32,000 nucleotides of DNA from contig NC_010085.1 of assembly GCF_000018465.1 (NCBI RefSeq), positions 180,001 to 212,000 of the forward strand, written 5' to 3'. The notes under the pieces are model-generated. The model did no database searches. It was not told where the DNA came from and saw only the letters and a list, made by a program, of their open reading frames with translations. The stretch is from Nitrosopumilus maritimus SCM1. Its GTDB lineage: Archaea > Thermoproteota > Nitrososphaeria > Nitrososphaerales > Nitrosopumilaceae. The position numbers were made by a program, and so were the translations under genes. Shown here piece after piece: positions 9,221-17,788 of the stretch; the first letter of the stretch is position 1, and each line of letters opens with the position of its first letter.

Positions 9221-9760
9221 TTATGCTTTAGCTCCGCACTTTGTGCAGAATTTTGCATTTGGTCTTAACTCTGCACCACATGATGAACATCCATTTCCAT
9301 TACTTTGAGGTGCAGTTTGTCTTGGCATTAATGCAGGATCTGGTGATGGTAATGTGCCAACATCATTGAAAGCTTCTTGTGCAGATACAATTCCTGGTGG
9401 ACCTCCACCAACTGGATTTTGTGCAGTTCCTGCTCTTGATGGCATACCACCTGGCATTCCTCCTGCCATCATTCCTGGTTGTCCCATACCTGGCATCAAA
9501 CCCGGTGATTGTGTATTTCCAGAACCTGAACCAATTGATTTTTTTAATTCAAAGATTACTTTGATTGCTAGAAATTCTAATGCAGAATATGCTACTGTAT
9601 AATCTCCTAATTTTTGAAAGAATTCTTTGTCACTAATCTGACCTTTTTTGTACATATTGTTGGTATCTAGAAATGATTCATAGTATCCTTGTGATTCATC
9701 AAACAAACTTTGCAGTTTGTCAAAGAGCATGTTTAGTGTATCAACTTCACCAAATGACAT
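9221..9760 (-). CDS. Hypothetical protein: helical N-domain, Gly/Met/Pro-rich linker, C-terminal zinc ribbon
   Basis: Terminal CSSCGAELRPNAKFCTKCGAKA; linker GLMPGMGQPGMMAGGMPGGMP. Confidence 0.75.
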   Translation of the reverse strand: MSFGEVDTLNMLFDKLQSLFDESQGYYESFLDTNNMYKKGQISDKEFFQKLGDYTVAYSALEFLAIKVIFELKKSIGSGSGNTQSPGLMPGMGQPGMMAGGMPGGMPSRAGTAQNPVGGGPPGIVSAQEAFNDVGTLPSPDPALMPRQTAPQSNGNGCSSCGAELRPNAKFCTKCGAKA

Positions 9761-9836
9761 ACTCTGCTTCGATTTTTGGAATATTAATTACTTTAGGATC
9801 CAAACTGGCTAAAGATTAATCTCCAGAGAAAAAAGC

Positions 9837-9971
9837 AGTCTCCTTTGCTATGGAGACTCTGTAATTGTATTAACTAGTTTATGTGAGCTTTTAGGCCCCC
9901 AGCTAACACCGCGAGATGTCTCTGACTCAATGAATATCCTACTATCATGTCTTTGTTAAAAAATCAGAGTC
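9837..9971. other. Structured, locally GC-rich intergenic region; possible ncRNA or regulatory element
   Basis: Perfect hairpin AGTCTCC(9837-9843)/GGAGACT(9852-9858), distal complementary pair GACTCTG(9855-9861)/CAGAGTC(9965-9971), and a GC-rich core GGCCCCCAGCTAACACCGCGAG in an AT-rich background with no ORF in the track. Confidence 0.3.
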
Positions 9972-10055
9972 AAAAAGAATCACTTTTTACTAAATCTTTT
10001 TTGGTAATTTCTTAATATTCTACTTTGTCTTTTACAAATTAATCATAACCGATAT

Positions 10056-10358
10056 TTGTTCTGCTATTCAAAGCAATTAGTGATCAAAAATCTAGTGATA
10101 ACTATACTCTGTATTATTTCAGTATTTGTTGTAGTGATATTCTTTATTCCGTTAGTAAATGAATTTGAAACCTTCAATTGCATTACTGCTTCTTGTGAAA
10201 TCCCAAAAATCACTATTTTTGAATCAATTAAAAAACAATTTTCTTTAATTGATAGTTTTGAAGACTGTATTTCTGCAGGTAATCTTGTAATGGAATCTCA
10301 TCCACGACAATGTAGAACTGTTGATGGAAAATATTTTGTTGAGAAGATAAATCCTTGA
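10056..10358 (+). CDS. Small membrane-anchored or secreted protein, unknown function
   Basis: One N-terminal TM segment, then an extracytoplasmic domain ending FEDCISAGNLVMESHPRQCRTVDGKYFVE, a motif I associate with small exported proteins. Confidence 0.65.
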   Translation: MFCYSKQLVIKNLVITILCIISVFVVVIFFIPLVNEFETFNCITASCEIPKITIFESIKKQFSLIDSFEDCISAGNLVMESHPRQCRTVDGKYFVEKINP

Positions 10359-10361
10359 TGC

Positions 10362-10625
10362 TTATGTCATCACTGTAACTTCTTTTTCTGACATTCCGCC
10401 ATATCCTGGATCAATTTTTTGTTTTGGATTAAGTGATGTGTCATGATGACATGGTTTGTTGCAAACCGGACAAAATTTTCTATCCATTACTATGCATTGA
10501 CAGATATGATTTTTCAGATATGCTTGTGCAGCTTGATTCCATTCTCCTGTACCATTACAATATACACATACATTTGAACCACTAGAGCCAACTCCTTTAC
10601 AAAAATCACATACATCTTCTGCCAT
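10362..10625 (-). CDS. DnaJ-type Cys-rich zinc-finger protein, lacking a J domain
   Basis: CXXCXGXG-like repeats CDFCKGVG and CVYCNGTG, plus CPVCNKPC. Confidence 0.7.
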   Translation of the reverse strand: MAEDVCDFCKGVGSSGSNVCVYCNGTGEWNQAAQAYLKNHICQCIVMDRKFCPVCNKPCHHDTSLNPKQKIDPGYGGMSEKEVTVMT

Positions 10626-10719
10626 GTCTATTGTTATCGTATCTGGTTTTTGAATAAATATATTTGAAGAGATTGACTATCTCAAGGCATTAATAGACTG
10701 CAGGCAATAAAATTTTCAA

Positions 10720-12114
10720 ATGACTTATGATGCTGTAATTGTTGATTCACACGTTATACTCCCGCAAGGAATGGTGGATAAAAACATCGTAATTGATGAT
10801 GGAAAAGTAGTTAGCCTCACAAATGATGTTCCTGCATGTGATAACAAAATCAATGGAAATGGACTGATTTCTGTTCCTGGTCCAATTGATACACATGTTC
10901 ACTATGGTGTTTATTCTCCAATCAACGAGGCAGCAAAGACAGAATCTCATGCTGCTGCAATTGGTGGTGTTACAACTATGATGAGGATGCTTAGATTGGG
11001 AGACCCATTTTCTAATTCACTCCAAGATCAATTAGATGCTGCATCTCAAAATCATTATGTTGACTATGCAATACATGCATCTGTTTTTACTCCTCAACAA
11101 ATTAATGAAATGGATTACTGTGTGAAAAAAGGAATTACCTCATTCAAAATTTACATGAATCTTGGCGGCGAAATTGGTCATGTTTACATGGATATGCCAC
11201 CAAATTCTTCTAAACTTGTTGCAGCTAACGTTGATGTAACTGATGAGATTGTTGAGCAGACTGTAAAAACTGCAGCTTCTCTTGGATGTCCTGTTTTGGT
11301 TCATGCAGAAGATTATGAATCCTGTGGATGTGGAATTCAAACTGCACGAGAGAAAAACCAAGATGGATTGTCTGCATGGTCTGAAAGTCGTTCCCCTGAA
11401 TTTGAAGCAAAAGCCATCAAAACTGTTTCAAAGTTTGGACGCGATTATGATTGTGTTATCTATTTTGTTCATATTGGTTCAGAACAAGCTCTAAAACAAA
11501 TTCAAGAAGAAAAAAAACTAGGAACAAAGATTTTTGTCGAAACATGTCCTCACTATTTGACATTATCTTATGAAAAACAAAATGGCTATCTTGCTAAAGT
11601 AATGCCTCCAATACGAACAGAAACTGACCGACAAGCAGTATGGGGTGCACTTTCTTCAAATCAAATTGATACTATAGGCACTGATCATGTTGCAAATCAA
11701 CTCAAACTCAAATTGGGTGGAGATGATGTATGGTCTGCATTAGCTGGATTTCCAGGAATAGGAACTGTACTTCCTATTGTACTCAATGATGGAGTAAACC
11801 AGAATAAAATTACTTTAGAGCAATTTGTGCGCTTTACAAGCCAAAATGCCGCACAAATATTTGGAATGTATCCTCAAAAAGGTACTCTTGAAAAGAATTC
11901 TGATGCTGATGTTACTATGATTGATCTGAAAAAAGAAAAGAAAGTAACATCTGAATTATTTGGTGGGTTTTCAGATTACATCGTTTATGAAGGTAGAAAT
12001 TTGAAAGGCTGGCCTGTTAAAACAATAGTACGAGGAGAATTAATTGCTGAAGACTTTGAAGTTATTGGAAAACTTGGTCATGGGAAACTTGTTCCACGAG
12101 CAATTCCTAAATAA
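10720..12114 (+). CDS. Dihydroorotase/hydantoinase (dihydropyrimidinase)-family cyclic amidohydrolase
   Basis: Metal-binding DTHVH, probable carboxylated Lys motif SFKIYMN, VHAEDYE, VHIGSEQAL, ETCPHYL, GTDHVA; full length 464 aa. Confidence 0.85.
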   Translation: MTYDAVIVDSHVILPQGMVDKNIVIDDGKVVSLTNDVPACDNKINGNGLISVPGPIDTHVHYGVYSPINEAAKTESHAAAIGGVTTMMRMLRLGDPFSNSLQDQLDAASQNHYVDYAIHASVFTPQQINEMDYCVKKGITSFKIYMNLGGEIGHVYMDMPPNSSKLVAANVDVTDEIVEQTVKTAASLGCPVLVHAEDYESCGCGIQTAREKNQDGLSAWSESRSPEFEAKAIKTVSKFGRDYDCVIYFVHIGSEQALKQIQEEKKLGTKIFVETCPHYLTLSYEKQNGYLAKVMPPIRTETDRQAVWGALSSNQIDTIGTDHVANQLKLKLGGDDVWSALAGFPGIGTVLPIVLNDGVNQNKITLEQFVRFTSQNAAQIFGMYPQKGTLEKNSDADVTMIDLKKEKKVTSELFGGFSDYIVYEGRNLKGWPVKTIVRGELIAEDFEVIGKLGHGKLVPRAIPK

Positions 12115-12116
12115 TT

Positions 12117-12944
12117 TTAAATAAATTTAATCGCACCATACCCAACAACAGATGATGTATCTCCCATAACATCTCCACTTGTAGTGTAACTTAGTAATTC
12201 TCCTTTAACCGCACCTAAATTTTTACATGCAATCATCACTGATGCCATAGCTCCATAACCACATGCAGTTACTCTTTTTTCCATTAAAACACTATAGAAT
12301 TTTTCAACATCCATTTCTAATATTGGCTCAATCAATGCTTTATCTTGAGAATGTGCAAAAGAATTTTCTTCATAATGTGTAAAATCAGATGATGCAACAA
12401 TCATTGTATTTCTTGATTTTGCAATTTGTGCTACTGCATTTCCCACATCTTTTGCCATTTCTAAACTTTGATCGCGTAAAATTATTGGAAGGATTTTGAA
12501 TTTTTCAGAAAAGATTGATTGCAACATAGGAATTTGAACTTCTAGACTATGATCTCTTGAATGAGAAAACTCATCAATCTCTATGTATTTTGAATTATTT
12601 GCTATCTCTTTTGCAGCCTCTGAATCCACATCTACCAATCCTAGTGGTGTTTCCCATTGAGCATTAACCATTGTAGCAACATCTTTTCCAACTCCAAAAT
12701 GATTAGGTCCAAGAATGATTACTAGTTCCGGATTTTTAGACGAAATTGCCTTGTAAGAATAACATGCCGTAGGTCCCGAATAAACATAGCCTGCATGAGG
12801 TGAAATTACTCCGTAAATTCCTTCATTATTTTGTATTTGATTGCCAGGTCCAAATTTGTGCTGAATACAAGAATTAATCATTTCTTCAAGTTCATTTTTT
12901 GTTCCAGGGTAAAATTGACCGGCAACAACTGGTTTTCTAATCAT
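12117..12944 (-). CDS. MEMO1 family protein (AmmeMemoRadiSam component B)
   Basis: RKPVVAGQFYPG, SPHAGYVYSG, ILGPNHFG, HSRDHSLEVQIPML and VASSDFTHYE motifs. Confidence 0.95.
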   Translation of the reverse strand: MIRKPVVAGQFYPGTKNELEEMINSCIQHKFGPGNQIQNNEGIYGVISPHAGYVYSGPTACYSYKAISSKNPELVIILGPNHFGVGKDVATMVNAQWETPLGLVDVDSEAAKEIANNSKYIEIDEFSHSRDHSLEVQIPMLQSIFSEKFKILPIILRDQSLEMAKDVGNAVAQIAKSRNTMIVASSDFTHYEENSFAHSQDKALIEPILEMDVEKFYSVLMEKRVTACGYGAMASVMIACKNLGAVKGELLSYTTSGDVMGDTSSVVGYGAIKFI

Positions 12945-12964
12945 AGGTTATCATCTACATTATT

Positions 12965-13582
12965 TTATAAAAGACCATTAGGTGATTCTCTAAGAATATT
13001 CCCATTGGGTTTTTCTTCTTTGAAAATAACTCCTTGAAATTTTAAAATTGTTGTTGATTTTTCTTTCCATGCATCTTTGTTTAATCCTGCTTTTTGACAT
13101 GTATATTCTAAGAATTCTTTTTCATTCCATCCATATTCTGTGGGAACTTGTGGCAATAACAATCCTGATGAAAAACTATTTTCCACAATTAATCCATCTC
13201 TACCAACTTTGATTTCTGATAGATACTCTGAATATTCTTCTACTTTGATTTCTTCAGGAGGTGTAAGAACAGTTACTTCAAATGTTATCTTGTCTAATTC
13301 ATCAATAGTTACTGGAGTAAATCTTGGATCTTTTGTAGCAGCTGAAATTGCAGCATCAACTAACCCATCACATAATTTCTTTACTGGAGTTGGATATCCA
13401 ATACACCCTCTTAGATCATTTTCTTTGTTTATTGTAACAAAAACCCCTGAACTAAAATTAAATTTTGAATCAAATTCTGAATCAATAATTTTAGAATTAT
13501 TTTTTAAAAATTCAATTACAACTTTTCTTGCCATCTTAACTAATTCTATTCCATCTGAATCTAAAAATTGAAAATTTGTCAT
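12965..13582 (-). CDS. AMMECR1 domain protein (AmmeMemoRadiSam component A)
   Basis: LRGCIGYPTP, AAISAATKDPRFTPVT and LLLPQVPTEYGWNEKEFLEYTCQKAGL. Confidence 0.95.
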   Translation of the reverse strand: MTNFQFLDSDGIELVKMARKVVIEFLKNNSKIIDSEFDSKFNFSSGVFVTINKENDLRGCIGYPTPVKKLCDGLVDAAISAATKDPRFTPVTIDELDKITFEVTVLTPPEEIKVEEYSEYLSEIKVGRDGLIVENSFSSGLLLPQVPTEYGWNEKEFLEYTCQKAGLNKDAWKEKSTTILKFQGVIFKEEKPNGNILRESPNGLL

Positions 13583-13615
13583 ACTTGTTAAATATGTAAA
13601 ATAGACATAAAAAGC

Positions 13616-14686
13616 GTGACTGCAATTCTCGGCAAAGAAGCTGAATTATACGAAAAACTTGCAGATGATAAAGTCAAGTGTACTGCATGTGCACGATATT
13701 GCGAAATTGGTAAAGGACAAATTGGTTTATGTGGAATTCGTGGAAATGAAGATGGAAAATTACAACTTTATGCCTATGGAAAAGTAATTTCTGGTCATGT
13801 TGATCCAATTGAAAAAAAACCATTAATCCACTATTATCCTGGAAGTAAAGTCTATTCAATTGCTACAACTGGATGTAATTGGCTTTGCAGATATTGTCAA
13901 AATTCTGACATCAGTCAGAGACGAGAAATTCAAGGAATTGATATGACTCCTGATCAAGTTGTTGATACTGCAATCAAGTATGGTGCTCATGGAATTGCAT
14001 ATACATACAATGAACCTTCCATCTTTATTGAATTTGCAAAAGATTGTGGTGTTGCTGCAAGAAAAAAAGGATTGTTTAATGTCTTTGTTTCAAATGGATA
14101 TGATACTACTGAATCAGTTTCAATGATGAATCAATTTCTTGATGGGATAACCGTTGATTTCAAAGGAAGTGCAGAAAAAGAATTTACTCGAAAGTTTATT
14201 GGAGTTCCAGATCCTCAACCTATCTTTGATACTTTGTTAGAAATTCGAGATAAAACCAATATTCATATCGAAATTACTGATCTGATTGTCCCTAAAGTTG
14301 GTGATGATCTAGAACATGCAAAAAAACTTTCAAACTTTATTCTCGATGAGTTTGGACCAGAGATGCCAATTCATTTTCTACGATTTCATCCCGATTACAA
14401 AATGATGGAATATCCAAGTACTCCTGTAGAAACATTGGAAAAACATTATCAAATTGCAAAAGAAGTTGGACTAAAGTATGTGTATTTAGGAAATGTTCCT
14501 GGACACAAATGGGAGCACACGTATTGTTCTGAATGCAATAATGTTGTTGTAAATCGCTATGGCTTTAGTATTAGAGAATGGAATCTTGATAAAAACAACT
14601 GTTGCAAGTTTTGTGGAAATAAAATTCCAATAAAAGGAAAATTGCAGGAAGGATACAAAGAAGATAGATTTCAGTTTGTATCGTAG
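13616..14686 (+). CDS. amrS: AmmeMemoRadiSam-type radical SAM protein
   Basis: CNWLCRYCQNSDISQ radical SAM motif, N-terminal CTACARYCEIGKGQIGLCGIRGN and C-terminal HTYCSECNNVVV; divergent from AMMECR1. Confidence 0.93.
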   Translation: MTAILGKEAELYEKLADDKVKCTACARYCEIGKGQIGLCGIRGNEDGKLQLYAYGKVISGHVDPIEKKPLIHYYPGSKVYSIATTGCNWLCRYCQNSDISQRREIQGIDMTPDQVVDTAIKYGAHGIAYTYNEPSIFIEFAKDCGVAARKKGLFNVFVSNGYDTTESVSMMNQFLDGITVDFKGSAEKEFTRKFIGVPDPQPIFDTLLEIRDKTNIHIEITDLIVPKVGDDLEHAKKLSNFILDEFGPEMPIHFLRFHPDYKMMEYPSTPVETLEKHYQIAKEVGLKYVYLGNVPGHKWEHTYCSECNNVVVNRYGFSIREWNLDKNNCCKFCGNKIPIKGKLQEGYKEDRFQFVS

Positions 14687-14687
14687 A

Positions 14688-14885
14688 CTACTTCATAGTT
14701 CTTAATTGTCTTTCTGTATCTCTTATGAAATCCTCGTATTTCATGATTTGAGTGGTAATTCTGAATGCATTCATCTGGTCTTCATTATTTTTTGAGCCTA
14801 GGAATGGTTTTCTCAATTCCATTAGTCTTTGCTGTTCTTCTGTAGCCTTTAGAATATCATTTCTGAGATCCTCACTTGTTGCCAC
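14688..14885 (-). CDS. Small helical hypothetical protein
   Basis: 65-aa charged, probably coiled-coil ORF filling the gap between amrS and rpiA. Confidence 0.6.
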   Translation of the reverse strand: MATSEDLRNDILKATEEQQRLMELRKPFLGSKNNEDQMNAFRITTQIMKYEDFIRDTERQLRTMK

Positions 14886-14922
14886 GCATAATATACGTGA
14901 TTTTTGAATTTAAGAATTTCAT

Positions 14923-15597
14923 CTATAAAATATCGAATTTTTCGCCAGTTTTTGCTCTATAGATTACATCTGGCTTTCTGAGGAAAATTCCTGATTCTAA
15001 GACACCAGTAGTTGCTTTGATTTTTTGTGTCAATGCCTTTGGATTTTTTATTGTTCCAAAATCACAATCTAAGATAATGTTTCCATTTTCTGTAAAAAAT
15101 GGATAACCTCTATCAAGTGAACGCAATTCTGCTTTGCCTCCTAATTTCTTCATAGATTTTGATACAGAATTTCTTGCAAGTGGATGTACTTCTACTGGAA
15201 CAGTTCTTGTAAAGTTTTTTACAAATTTTGTTTTGTCTGCCATTACTACAACTTTTTTTGCAAGACTGAACAAAATATTCTCTCTAAGTAAAGCTCCTCC
15301 ACCTCCTTTGATTACAAATTTTTGAGAATCAATTTGATCTGCACCATCAAATACTACATCAATATGTTCTACTTGATCAGCTTCTATCAACGGAATTCCA
15401 ACTTTTTCTGCAATTAGTTTGATTTGTAATGATGTTGGAACTCCTTTGATGTTGTAATTTTTTAGTTTGATTAATTTTCCAAGTGATTTAACAAGTACAG
15501 TAGCTGCTCTTCCACTACCTAAACCAACAACATAATCATCTTTTACAAATTTTAATGCATTATTTGATAATGCCGTGATGGCACCATCGTATGACAA
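14923..15597 (-). CDS. rpiA: Ribose-5-phosphate isomerase A
   Basis: VGLGSGRAATVLVKSLG, DVVFDGADQID, IKGGGGALLREN. Confidence 0.95.
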   Translation of the reverse strand: MSYDGAITALSNNALKFVKDDYVVGLGSGRAATVLVKSLGKLIKLKNYNIKGVPTSLQIKLIAEKVGIPLIEADQVEHIDVVFDGADQIDSQKFVIKGGGGALLRENILFSLAKKVVVMADKTKFVKNFTRTVPVEVHPLARNSVSKSMKKLGGKAELRSLDRGYPFFTENGNIILDCDFGTIKNPKALTQKIKATTGVLESGIFLRKPDVIYRAKTGEKFDIL

Positions 15598-16557
15598 TTA
15601 CTCTACCTCTGCTTGATCAAGCTTTGATAGAACTTTCATGATGTCGCCTTTAATTTTATCTAAATCATCCATGTCATCATCAACATCATCTGCTGATGTT
15701 GGTTCTGGTTTTTGTACTTCTGGTTCTGGAAGTGCTTTATGTTCTGTAATTTTGGCAACTTCTTTGTTAATGTCTGGTTTTGGTTCTACTTTAGGCTCAG
15801 GAATTGATGTAACTTCCTGAATTATCTCAATTTTGTCTTCAACTTTTGGTTTTGGTTGAACAATTTCTTTGACAATTTCCTCTTTTGGCTTGATTAATTC
15901 AGTTTGAATTGGTTTTGGTTGCGGCATTGACTTTTGAATTGGTTTTTCTTCTTTTTCAAATAATGGGAATTTTGGTTCTTTTCTTGAAATATTTGTTAAA
16001 GTAGTTAATTCAAATGACTGTCGTGATTTTGTTGCAGGAATTGTAACTGGTTCTGTTTCTTTTGGCTTTTCAAAATTGAATGTGTTCTTAATTGATGTTG
16101 ATTGTTTTGTTCCTTTTTTGACTTCTGGTTCCTTTACTTTTGGTGCTTCAACTTTTGTAGTTGTCATTTTTGATGATAGTTCATACAATCTATCATCTAG
16201 TTTTGATAACTTTTGATCCATTAATGTGATCAAACCATCTCCTACTGGACCCAAGTCTGGATGTTTACTTGCTTGTTCAAGTTTTTCTAATTTTGCTAGA
16301 ACAATTCCTAATTGATGCTGATACTTTAGTAACAACTTGTCTTTTTGAATTTTTGAAAATTCTGAATCTGCTTGGTATAGTCTTGAGATTGTTTTTGTTA
16401 GAATATCTTTTTCAATTTTTAATGAGTTAATCTGACTTTTGATGTGTGAACTAGCACCAAGACTAAGTAATTGATTTTTGTCTCTTGGCATTTTTCGTAC
16501 AGCAGCAGCTGTAGCTACACCGGCTAATGAACTAAGAATAAGGGCAATTTCTTGCAT
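15598..16557 (-). CDS. Hypothetical protein: N-terminal hydrophobic helix, coiled coil, Pro/Glu/Lys-rich tail
   Basis: 319-aa ORF tightly packed between L37e and rpiA; MQEIALILSSLAGVATAAAV, then coiled coil, then a long PEP/KEP-rich region and conserved-looking C-terminal DDLDKIKGDIMKVLSKLDQ. Confidence 0.7.
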   Translation of the reverse strand: MQEIALILSSLAGVATAAAVRKMPRDKNQLLSLGASSHIKSQINSLKIEKDILTKTISRLYQADSEFSKIQKDKLLLKYQHQLGIVLAKLEKLEQASKHPDLGPVGDGLITLMDQKLSKLDDRLYELSSKMTTTKVEAPKVKEPEVKKGTKQSTSIKNTFNFEKPKETEPVTIPATKSRQSFELTTLTNISRKEPKFPLFEKEEKPIQKSMPQPKPIQTELIKPKEEIVKEIVQPKPKVEDKIEIIQEVTSIPEPKVEPKPDINKEVAKITEHKALPEPEVQKPEPTSADDVDDDMDDLDKIKGDIMKVLSKLDQAEVE

Positions 16558-16725
16558 CTATGTATACCATTTAATCCAGGAATATTTTCTTCTTTTGGCC
16601 TCTGGGAATCCACAACTTGCACATTGGTGATGACGTTTGTGAAGTGAGTTCTTTCCACATCTTCTGCATCTGATGTGAACTTTTTTCTTTGTAAAACCAC
16701 CCATAGAAGTTGTACCTTTTACCAT
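16558..16725 (-). CDS. rpl37e: Ribosomal protein L37e (eL37), absent from the supplied ORF track
   Basis: My reverse-strand translation: [55 protein letters not shown], with the CXXC...CXXC zinc motif of L37e. Confidence 0.93.
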
Positions 16726-16735
16726 TCCATATCAC

Positions 16736-16972
16736 CTAATTTTGTGCTGGTGGAGGAGAAATCATAACTACATTGTCTCCTCTAACTACAATGGAACCAA
16801 GGCCTTTTGCCTCGCCTTCAGCAGGAATTTCCTCTGAAGAATCAAGTAGCAGGTTCATGTGTTGGTCAAAACCGAGTAAATTACCTCTAATGGTTTTGTT
16901 TCCTTTGAGTTTTATCAATACAATTTGATTGATACTCTCATCCAGTACTTTTACTGCCATATCAACGGACAT
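16736..16972 (-). CDS. LSm/Sm-like archaeal protein
   Basis: VLDESINQIVLIKLKGNKTIRGNLLGFDQHMNLLLDSSEE...LGSIVVRGDNVVMISPP: Sm1 and Sm2 motifs. Confidence 0.96.
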   Translation of the reverse strand: MSVDMAVKVLDESINQIVLIKLKGNKTIRGNLLGFDQHMNLLLDSSEEIPAEGEAKGLGSIVVRGDNVVMISPPPAQN

Positions 16973-17029
16973 CTATTTCACTTATTGGCTTTGATGTTGA
17001 GGGATTATATTAAAATTTCATTGGTGAAA

Positions 17030-17788
17030 CTATGAGCTATGCCCAGTGAGGCAAGTTTGACACTTTTTTCCAAGATTTCTTACGATTTCAGCTAATATTT
17101 CCTGTCCATCTTTTTTTGAAGCTTTTGTAGGATCTCCCCATACCCCATTTTTGGTAGCTTTTGGAAATGATTTGGTTGCTAATTTTACAACTTTTTTAAT
17201 TTCTTGTTTTGTCATTTTTTCAGTTATGAGGCCTTTTTTTGCTAATTTCATTTTTACATTTTTTGAAACTGCTAACATTAATGATGTCTCAACAAATCCT
17301 GCATGATCAAAATCTCTACCCATATAATGCCAATATGAAAATGGAAATACCTCGAGTCTATTTTTTGAGATTTTCTTCAATTTGACATCAATATTTTTTA
17401 TTGAATTTTGATTTCCATGATGTCCATTAATTATGAAAACTGTTTTGATCTTGTTTTCCAAAAGCGACACGCATATGTCAGTTAACACTGTCTCTAATGT
17501 GGTTTTTCTGATGCTAAGATTGAAAAATGGAGCGTGCTCAAATGATACTCCATAAGACAAAGTTGGAAGTAATAGGTATCCATTTTTTTCACAAATTTTC
17601 TCAGATACTGCTGTAACAATATCTGTATCTGTTGAAATAGGAAGATGTGGTCCATGTTGTTCTATTGAGCCTATTGGAATGACTGCAACTTGCCTTTTTC
17701 TTTTAATTGATTTTCTAAGATTGGGATCAAATTGTGCTTTAATGTCTGTCATCTGATTCACTTTGATTTGATGTGAACCTTTCTCCAA
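17030..17788 (-). CDS. Creatininase-family amidohydrolase (ArfB-like candidate)
   Basis: AVIPIGSIEQHGPHLPISTDTDIV and INGHHGNQ motifs. A start at the internal Met (about 17752) would avoid overlap with the upstream purU stop. Confidence 0.88.
   Translation of the reverse strand: MEKGSHQIKVNQMTDIKAQFDPNLRKSIKRKRQVAVIPIGSIEQHGPHLPISTDTDIVTAVSEKICEKNGYLLLPTLSYGVSFEHAPFFNLSIRKTTLETVLTDICVSLLENKIKTVFIINGHHGNQNSIKNIDVKLKKISKNRLEVFPFSYWHYMGRDFDHAGFVETSLMLAVSKNVKMKLAKKGLITEKMTKQEIKKVVKLATKSFPKATKNGVWGDPTKASKKDGQEILAEIVRNLGKKCQTCLTGHSS

Noticed and set aside
10436-10450. C box-like TGATGA (tcatgatgaca) as a possible C/D box sRNA
   Set aside because: It lies inside the coding sequence of the zinc-finger ORF and I could not find a well-spaced D box and terminal stem.
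13140-13571. 143-aa plus-strand ORF
   Set aside because: Entirely antisense to the convincing AMMECR1 gene; no recognisable domain.
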